From positions 1-49,594 of the forward strand of contig CAYIOJ010000003.1 in assembly GCA_964365025.1 (NCBI GenBank): a stretch of 49,594 nt of DNA. The letters run 5' to 3'. Shown here one piece after another: positions 43,671 to 49,594 of this stretch. The notes under the pieces are model-generated. The model searched no databases. It was given only the letters and a program-made list of their open reading frames with translations, and was not told the DNA's origin. Positions within the stretch are counted from its first letter, which is position 1. Each line of letters begins with the position of its first letter. A program made the translations under genes and the position numbers. Origin of the DNA: an uncultured Gammaproteobacteria bacterium (GTDB taxonomy: Bacteria; Patescibacteriota; Patescibacteriia; Magasanikbacterales; UBA10003).

Positions 43671-45077
43671 TTACTTAATTAATTCTTTTATCATTTGTTT
43701 GGTAAATCCTTTTAATAAAAACAATACAAGGCAGTAGGTGAGTATGGCTAAAATAAGTGAATAGATAAAATGCGGCATAGGAATGAAATAAACAGCGGCG
43801 AGCATGGCCATGGAGCTGATCAAACTTTTATTGAAAATCGCAAAAGACGGCCACAAACGGATTGTTTTTTCCACCACGAATAAGGTAAAAATCAAAATCA
43901 AAATTTCGGAAAAAACCGTCATCCAGCCGGCGCCGATTGCGCCATAACGCGGAATGAAAATAAAATAACCGGCCAAAGTGAGCGCGGCGGTGATGATGTA
44001 CCCCCAAATCATCAGCCGCTGTTTATTCAAGGCAACAATTGCGTGTCCGCTCAAGGCGCCGAAAAAAATGGCCAAAAGAGCGATAAGCAAGATTTGCAAA
44101 TATGTTCCGGAAGCGGCGAATTCCGCGCCGGCTAAAAAAGCCATAGCCGGTTTTGCCAGATAAATTCCGCCTAAAACAAAAGGCAGTCCGATAATGCTCA
44201 TAAAATCAAAAGCGCGGCGGAAATAATGGTTGAATTTTACGCGATCCGCGTGCCAGGCTGCGGTCAGGTGCGGGAGAATTATACCCATGAACATCACCGG
44301 CACCGAAGCGGCCACGTCAATCACGCGGTAAGCCGCGCCGTACAGTCCGACTTCGGCTTGCGGCCGCACCAGTGATAAAATAATCGTGTCGGCGCGCAGA
44401 TAAATCAGATTAAAAACCATGGAAATGGCAATGGGCCAGCTTTTGGTGAATATTTTTTTGTAAATTTCCCACTCAACGAGCCATTTTATTTTGACTATTT
44501 TTTTAGCAGACACGAATAAAAATAAAAATTGAGCGCCATTGGCCGCTACGCTAATGGCCAGTATGGGCAGTAGCCCGAGATTAAAATAAACGCACAAAAA
44601 ATAGCCGATTAAAATAATAAAGCGTCCGCCGGCATCTCCCCAAGCCGCGATGCTCAGTCGCAAATGTTTTTGAAACACGCCCATGAAGATGTTTTGGAGT
44701 GTCATGGCGAAAAACGCTCCGGTCAGTGTTAAAACTCCCAATTTAATAATCAGGGGATAAGGGAAAAAGAAAATCGCCACCATGGCCGAACCGAAGAAAA
44801 AAGCGGAAAGAAACAGACGAAAGGAAAAAAGATTGGAAACCAGGCGGTCTTCGTCAGCGTTGGGCTCTGCGATCATCTGCGCGCCGATGAGCGTGAGGCC
44901 AAAATCAGCGAGCACGGCAAAAAATTGTAAAAAAGTGGCGACAGTAGTGAGCCAGCCGAACTGCTCTTGACCAAGATAACGGGTGATGGCGGCCAAAGCA
45001 ATCAGGCCGAACAAGGTGGAAAACCCGCGGCCGATGATTTGAATCAGAGTGTTTTTAGCAATAAGAGGAAAGGACAT
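43671..45077 (-). CDS. oligosaccharide flippase (Wzx/MOP superfamily)
   Basis: 468 aa with about 12-14 TM helices. The N-terminus IAKNTLIQIIGRGFSTLFGLIALAAITRYLGQEQFG is typical of polysaccharide-biosynthesis (Wzx-like) proteins. Confidence 0.75.
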   Translation of the reverse strand: MSFPLIAKNTLIQIIGRGFSTLFGLIALAAITRYLGQEQFGWLTTVATFLQFFAVLADFGLTLIGAQMIAEPNADEDRLVSNLFSFRLFLSAFFFGSAMVAIFFFPYPLIIKLGVLTLTGAFFAMTLQNIFMGVFQKHLRLSIAAWGDAGGRFIILIGYFLCVYFNLGLLPILAISVAANGAQFLFLFVSAKKIVKIKWLVEWEIYKKIFTKSWPIAISMVFNLIYLRADTIILSLVRPQAEVGLYGAAYRVIDVAASVPVMFMGIILPHLTAAWHADRVKFNHYFRRAFDFMSIIGLPFVLGGIYLAKPAMAFLAGAEFAASGTYLQILLIALLAIFFGALSGHAIVALNKQRLMIWGYIITAALTLAGYFIFIPRYGAIGAGWMTVFSEILILIFTLFVVEKTIRLWPSFAIFNKSLISSMAMLAAVYFIPMPHFIYSLILAILTYCLVLFLLKGFTKQMIKELIK

Positions 45078-45105
45078 GCGTCTAGTATATATTATTTAAG
45101 CGCGA

Positions 45106-45135
45106 TTGACAAAGTGTCTGAATTTGAAATATAAT
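45106..45135 (+). promoter_or_regulatory. sigma70-like promoter placed so that the SpoIID-domain gene would be leaderless
   Basis: TTGACA (45106-45111), 18 nt, TATAAT (45130-45135). ATG ATG at 45140-45145. Confidence 0.55.
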
Positions 45136-45139
45136 AGAG

Positions 45140-46594
45140 ATGATGTTTAGAAAAATTACGCAAAAGATATTGATTTTAACTGTCACTTTAATTGTGGCCT
45201 TTTTTGTTGTAGGGCAGGTGGCTCAAGCCAAAGAGCCGGATTATGCCGCCGAGCAGTATTCTAAAATTAAGGAAATTACCACGCAAGCGGGCGAGCGCCA
45301 GAAAATTAAAATTGGTTTTAAAAATATTGGCCGTTACAATTGGCGGGGCACGGGCAAGAATTTTGTTTCCGTTTATACTTTTGAGCCAAAATATCGGAAA
45401 AGTGTTTTTGAAGATGACGCTTGGTTAAAAACGAGCCAGCTCGCGAAATTAAAAGACGCTCTGGTGGGGCCTGGTCAGCTGGGTTATTTTGAATTTTATC
45501 TGCAAGCGCCGGAAAAAGTCGGCGTTTACACTGAAAAATTTGCCTTGGCCGCGGAAAATAAATTGTGGATTCCGGGCGGGCAGTTTGAGTTGGTGATTAC
45601 TGTGAAAGAGGAAGCGGCTGACAGCGCTCCGCAGGAGTTACCTGCTGGTCAAGAAACATTGGTAACAGTAATAGTTGAAGAAAGCGCACCTGCGGCATCT
45701 AAAATAATTGAAGGTCAAGAGCCAACTGTGCGCATTGGGCTTTTCACCACCGAAGAGCCGATTATTTTCACCTCGCCGTATACTTATGAAATTAAAAATT
45801 CCAAAGGCGAGATGTTTTGTACTTTAAATCCCAATGAAGAATCGTCTGTTAGTTATATTGAGGCCAGCGGCGCGTATAACATTAAATGTCCGGCAACTGA
45901 TTTTGTTTCCACATCGCCGGTTCGCGTTGAACCGATGGAAATTATCAGTTTTGTGGAATTGAAAAATTATGAAAAACGATTACGTTGGCTGCCCAAGGTG
46001 AATAATAATAAATTTCGCGGAGTAATTGAAATTAATTTCAGTAAAGACAAGGGCTATCTTTGGGTGATTAATGAAATTTTTTTTGAATACTATATCAAAG
46101 GTATTGCTGAATCAGCTGACAATAGACATCCGGAGTTTTTAAAGTCCCTGGCAGTGGCTGTGCGTACTTACGCTTTGAATAATTTAAAAAATCCCGTGAA
46201 ACATAGCGGCAAGGGATTTGATGTGGACGCTGATATTGATCAGGTCTATCGCGGCTATGCTTTTGAAGAGCAGATGCCGTATTGGAGTAATGCCGTTGAT
46301 GAAACGCGGGGGATAGTTGTGACTTACAAAAATGAGGTGGTGACAACGCCGTATTTCGCGCGTTCGTCCGGCCGCACGCGCACTTGGCGCGAGGCCTGGG
46401 GCGGGGCAGACAAGCCCTGGATTAAATCAGTGAAAACGCCTTATGATCGCGGTTATTCGCGTTTGGGGCATGGAGTGGGCATGTCTTTGCATGATGCTTT
46501 GGCTCGCGCCAAGAAAGGCGTTTTGTACGAGGATATTTTAAAGTATTATTACAGCGGAGTAGAAACAAAAGATGTTTATGGATTCACTCCGTGA
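45140..46594 (+). CDS. SpoIID/LytB-domain protein with an N-terminal Ig-like module
   Basis: Signal/anchor ILILTVTLIVAFFVVGQVAQA. The C-terminal region with YFARSSGRTRTWREAWGG...HGVGMSLHDA matches the SpoIID amidase-enhancer/lytic transglycosylase domain. Confidence 0.8.
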   Translation: MMFRKITQKILILTVTLIVAFFVVGQVAQAKEPDYAAEQYSKIKEITTQAGERQKIKIGFKNIGRYNWRGTGKNFVSVYTFEPKYRKSVFEDDAWLKTSQLAKLKDALVGPGQLGYFEFYLQAPEKVGVYTEKFALAAENKLWIPGGQFELVITVKEEAADSAPQELPAGQETLVTVIVEESAPAASKIIEGQEPTVRIGLFTTEEPIIFTSPYTYEIKNSKGEMFCTLNPNEESSVSYIEASGAYNIKCPATDFVSTSPVRVEPMEIISFVELKNYEKRLRWLPKVNNNKFRGVIEINFSKDKGYLWVINEIFFEYYIKGIAESADNRHPEFLKSLAVAVRTYALNNLKNPVKHSGKGFDVDADIDQVYRGYAFEEQMPYWSNAVDETRGIVVTYKNEVVTTPYFARSSGRTRTWREAWGGADKPWIKSVKTPYDRGYSRLGHGVGMSLHDALARAKKGVLYEDILKYYYSGVETKDVYGFTP

Positions 46595-47118
46595 AATTTT
46601 CGATCTTCGTCCGCCAGCTGGATGATGGCTTCGCGGATTTTGTGCGGTTCCGGAACATTGAAAAAAGTAAATCTTTCTTTTTCACCGGCAGTTTGGATGT
46701 AGACATTGCCGTAGTCAAAAACCGTGGCAAATAATCCTTTAGTTTCGGAGGTCACGTCTTGCACGCGAAATAAATCTAACTCGGCGATGGTGCGGGCGAA
46801 CAAGCCATGTTGGTGAATATCAATGATGCGATCGTTGGTGACAATCCAGATATCCAGAAAATAATTGACAAAAGCGGTGTAGAAAAATAGCCAGATGGAA
46901 AGGGCGTAGATACTACCCAGAAGGATCAGGATAGCCAGAGAATTATTATTGATAAAAAGAGCGGGGAATAATAGTTTTAAAAGAAAATACAGTCCGTAAC
47001 CGACGCCGGCTAAAATAATCAGCAGTAAGATGCGCGGGATAAAAGTGATGGTGTCGCGCCGCAAAAGATAAATAATTTTTTCGTAGGGTTTTTGTTTAAT
47101 GATGTTGCTGTAATGCAT
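46576..47118 (-). CDS. membrane protein with a bacterial PH domain (YdbS/YdbT-like, bPH_2)
   Basis: Two TM helices followed by ...NDRIIDIHQHGLFARTIAELDLFRVQDV...NVYIQTAG, typical of the bPH_2 fold. Confidence 0.6.
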   Translation of the reverse strand: MHYSNIIKQKPYEKIIYLLRRDTITFIPRILLLIILAGVGYGLYFLLKLLFPALFINNNSLAILILLGSIYALSIWLFFYTAFVNYFLDIWIVTNDRIIDIHQHGLFARTIAELDLFRVQDVTSETKGLFATVFDYGNVYIQTAGEKERFTFFNVPEPHKIREAIIQLADEDRKFHGVNP

Positions 47119-47119
47119 A

Positions 47120-47380
47120 TTAAAAAGTTTCCGGATTTGGTGAAAAAGAGATTGATTGAAAAAAAGTTACCGACTCGTTCCAGTCAATCGGCTGGGCGAG
47201 CGTCCAAGCCCAAAAAGAAATGTAGACCACGCCGGCGAGGAAAATAAAAGTCATAAAAAAGCTCATGAAATGTACTTCAGCAAAAGAAACTAGGTGATAG
47301 ATATCCATTAAAATAAAAATGACATACACCAGCGCGAATAATGCGGCTGGGAAGAGGATATAAAAAAGCGGAAAAGACAT
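47120..47380 (-). CDS. small membrane protein
   Basis: 87 aa from ATG 47380 (MSFPLFYILFPAALFALVYV...). The longer track ORF would overlap the ruvB 3' end by 100 nt. Confidence 0.5.
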   Translation of the reverse strand: MSFPLFYILFPAALFALVYVIFILMDIYHLVSFAEVHFMSFFMTFIFLAGVVYISFWAWTLAQPIDWNESVTFFQSISFSPNPETF

Positions 47381-47382
47381 AT

Positions 47383-48393
47383 TTAGAGAAGATTTTCTTG
47401 TTTGGGCGGTTCCATTCCCAAATGTTTGTAAGCCAGAGTCGTGGCTACGCGGCCGCGAGGCGTGCGATTGATAAGTCCGCATTGGAGCAGGAACGGCTCG
47501 TAGACGGTTTCAATGGTTTCAATTTCTTCAGCTGTGGCAGCCGAAAGCGTTTGTAGTCCAACCGGTCCGCCATTGAATTTTTCAATCATTACTTTTAAAA
47601 TCAGGCGGTCAATGTGATCCAGCCCGACCTGATCAATTTCCAAAAGTTTTAACGCTTCTTTGGCTAAGTCCGTTGTAATTATACCATTTCCTTTTACTTG
47701 CGCGAAGTCGCGCACCCGTTTAAGCAGGCGATTGGCCACGCGCGGAGTGCGGCGGGCGGAAACGGCAATCAGACGGGCGGCATCATCATGCGTGCCAATA
47801 TCCAAAATTTTAGAACTGCGTCGCACGATTTGTTCAATTTCCGGCTCTTCATAAAAATTTAAGTGATAAATCGCTCCAAAGCGATCGCGAAGAGGGCCGG
47901 AGAGCAAACTCATTTTGGTAGTTGCGCCGATAAGAGTGAAGCGATTCAAATCCACGCGCAGGGTGCGCGCGCCAGGACCTTTGCCAATGATAATATCCAA
48001 AGCATAGTCCTCCAAAGCCGGATAGAGCACTTCTTCAATGGTTTTGTTCATTCGATGGATTTCATCCACGAACAAAATATCACCGGTTTCCAAGCTGGTG
48101 AGAATGGCGGCCAAGTCGCCTACGCGCTCCAAAGCCGGACCCGAGGTAATTTTGATGTTGGCGCCCATTTCTTTGGCAATGATATTGGCGAGCGTGGTTT
48201 TGCCAAGCCCGGGATTGCCATACAATAAAACATGCTCCAATGATTCGGCGCGTTTTTTAGCCGCGTCCAGAAAAATACGCAAATTATTTTTGATTTTTTC
48301 TTGGCCGATAAATTCGCCCAGACATTGCGGCCGTAAAGTCAGGTCAAATTTTATTTCGTCGTTTTTGAGTTGAGGGGTGATGACGCGATCCAT
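47383..48393 (-). CDS. ruvB: Holliday junction branch-migration helicase RuvB
   Basis: [16 protein letters not shown], Walker [17 protein letters not shown], Walker [10 protein letters not shown], sensor LIGATT, and a C-terminal wHTH. Confidence 0.96.
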   Translation of the reverse strand: MDRVITPQLKNDEIKFDLTLRPQCLGEFIGQEKIKNNLRIFLDAAKKRAESLEHVLLYGNPGLGKTTLANIIAKEMGANIKITSGPALERVGDLAAILTSLETGDILFVDEIHRMNKTIEEVLYPALEDYALDIIIGKGPGARTLRVDLNRFTLIGATTKMSLLSGPLRDRFGAIYHLNFYEEPEIEQIVRRSSKILDIGTHDDAARLIAVSARRTPRVANRLLKRVRDFAQVKGNGIITTDLAKEALKLLEIDQVGLDHIDRLILKVMIEKFNGGPVGLQTLSAATAEEIETIETVYEPFLLQCGLINRTPRGRVATTLAYKHLGMEPPKQENLL

Positions 48394-48397
48394 GAGA

Positions 48398-48778
48398 TTA
48401 TTTAAATGCTTCCGGGCTGGAAATTAATTCTTCGGCGGATTTTAGAAAAGTTTGGATGGCTTGACCATCGTTTTCTTTTAAAATTCTTTCCAAATCCGCG
48501 TTAAATTTATCCACCAATTCATTATATTTGCGAACGGCCTCCGGATTGCTGTGTTTTAAAATTGCTTCAACAAAAGGTGATTTTTTGGCGTAGTCCTCGT
48601 AATGTTCAAGCGGAGTGATAAATTCTTTAAAATCTTCTCCTAACATTGTTCCTTGCGCGCTAACTCTTAATCCCTGCCAACGGCTACGAATGTCAGAACA
48701 CAGGCCGGAGCCGCTGGCAAAATGTCGTTCCACAAATTCCGCTTCTCGGATGGTGAAATCTTTTTCATTTTCCGACAT
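48398..48778 (-). CDS. hypothetical protein
   Basis: 126-aa helical-looking ORF wedged between the LAGLIDADG gene and ruvB with 1-4 nt spacers. Confidence 0.5.
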   Translation of the reverse strand: MSENEKDFTIREAEFVERHFASGSGLCSDIRSRWQGLRVSAQGTMLGEDFKEFITPLEHYEDYAKKSPFVEAILKHSNPEAVRKYNELVDKFNADLERILKENDGQAIQTFLKSAEELISSPEAFK

Positions 48779-48779
48779 A

Positions 48780-49520
48780 TTATGCGCTATAATTTTTTTT
48801 GTTCAATTGCCAACCTATTTTTGAAGGATAATCTTGCTTTATATACGGTCGTTTATTTTTGTTCTTCCATTTTAAAAATTTTTGATATTTACGAGTTAAA
48901 AACAGAGATGCTCCTTTTTTATACATGAATTGGAATAATTTTTCGCAATCATCAATATAGAAATAAATAGAGTATGTATTTATGTGTGTTTTTCTTTTAT
49001 CAATATTTTTGTGAATGGTTTTTGTTGGAATACTTAAATTTTGGCAGAGTTGTTTATTAAACGAAGTGATAAAAGATAGACTGGAACTTATAAACCCCGC
49101 TTTGATTTGTGGAGTGTTATTCACTGTATAGATGTAAACTGTGCCGTCGCCATCAAAAAAACCACGAGTAAAATCTGCGAAATATTTTTGAGGGACGCTT
49201 ATTTGTTTCAAATTATAAGTTTTTCGCGGGTATATTCCTAAACTAATTAAATCTTCAGCTAAAGTCAAATTACGAATTTGTATCTGGAAACCAACACCAT
49301 TTCTACCGTTTGTTTTTTTACCGATTTTGTGTTTTGATTTTAGTATTTGTCTCAACTTGTATAGATGTTTTTTGTCAATAGAAGTGATGTTGAGAGTAAA
49401 CGGATTTTTCTTTCTATCCTTGCTAATTGCGATACAGCCGTCAGCGACGATATATCCTAAAAGATAGCTCATTTCTGGTGTCCAAATTTTAAATATTTTG
49501 TCATTGAGCATATTTATCAA
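48780..49520 (-). CDS. free-standing double-motif LAGLIDADG homing endonuclease-like protein
   Basis: Two LAGLIDADG motifs: LLGYIVADGCI and FTRGFFDGDGTV. 246 aa. Not embedded in a host ORF or in a recognisable intron. Confidence 0.8.
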   Translation of the reverse strand: MINMLNDKIFKIWTPEMSYLLGYIVADGCIAISKDRKKNPFTLNITSIDKKHLYKLRQILKSKHKIGKKTNGRNGVGFQIQIRNLTLAEDLISLGIYPRKTYNLKQISVPQKYFADFTRGFFDGDGTVYIYTVNNTPQIKAGFISSSLSFITSFNKQLCQNLSIPTKTIHKNIDKRKTHINTYSIYFYIDDCEKLFQFMYKKGASLFLTRKYQKFLKWKNKNKRPYIKQDYPSKIGWQLNKKNYSA

Positions 49521-49594
49521 AATTCCTGAAAGTTTGATATTGGTGCAGTATTCTTGAATTAGTCCGAACGCATTTTTCCGAAAAAATCCCCCCG

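Noticed and set aside
47381-47482. N-terminal extension of the small membrane ORF into ruvB
   Set aside because: It would overlap the ruvB 3' end by 100 nt in another frame. The ATG at 47380, immediately after the ruvB stop, gives a clean membrane protein.
1-49594. CRISPR arrays, rRNA genes, prophage structural genes, transposases
   Set aside because: I scanned for regularly spaced direct repeats, rRNA-like conserved blocks and DDE/serine/tyrosine recombinase motifs in the ORF track. None was found.

Overview
AT-rich, tightly packed bacterial chromosome segment. It looks like a small-genome Patescibacteria/CPR-type organism. That placement is an inference from three things: a type IV pilus operon, almost no Shine-Dalgarno (SD) motifs upstream of native genes, and GTCATT...GMAATC palindromic elements. 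Core genes: ychF, tRNA-Ala(GGC), pilB-pilC-pilM-pilN-pilO, rpsF-ssb-rpsR, epmA-efp, recA, ftsK, rpoB-rpoC, yebC, a cupin gene, ruvC, Wzy/Wzx-like envelope genes, a SpoIID-domain gene and ruvB. There is also a 1438-aa LVIVD-repeat surface protein. Accessory content: two AbiEi/AbiEii pairs, HicAB, a Fic protein, a TrmB-family regulator, a free-standing LAGLIDADG endonuclease, and several gene-fragment duplications in a mosaic island at ~25.9-31.1 kb. Most unusual observations: (1) Three short high-GC patches (13.0-13.6, 16.6-17.3 and 22.9-24.8 kb) carry unknown genes with strong AGGAGG ribosome-binding sites, while sampled native genes have none. (2) One of these patches, a two-gene operon with a divergent TrmB regulator, is bracketed by ~62-bp inverted repeats. 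(3) Next to it lies a ~400-nt palindrome-dense non-coding segment. (4) A ~290-nt ORF-free structured transcript unit with a consensus promoter and an intrinsic terminator lies divergent from rpoB. (5) A REP/MITE-like palindromic element family has one double copy inserted in frame inside yebC. No CRISPR array, rRNA or recognisable transposase/integrase gene was seen.
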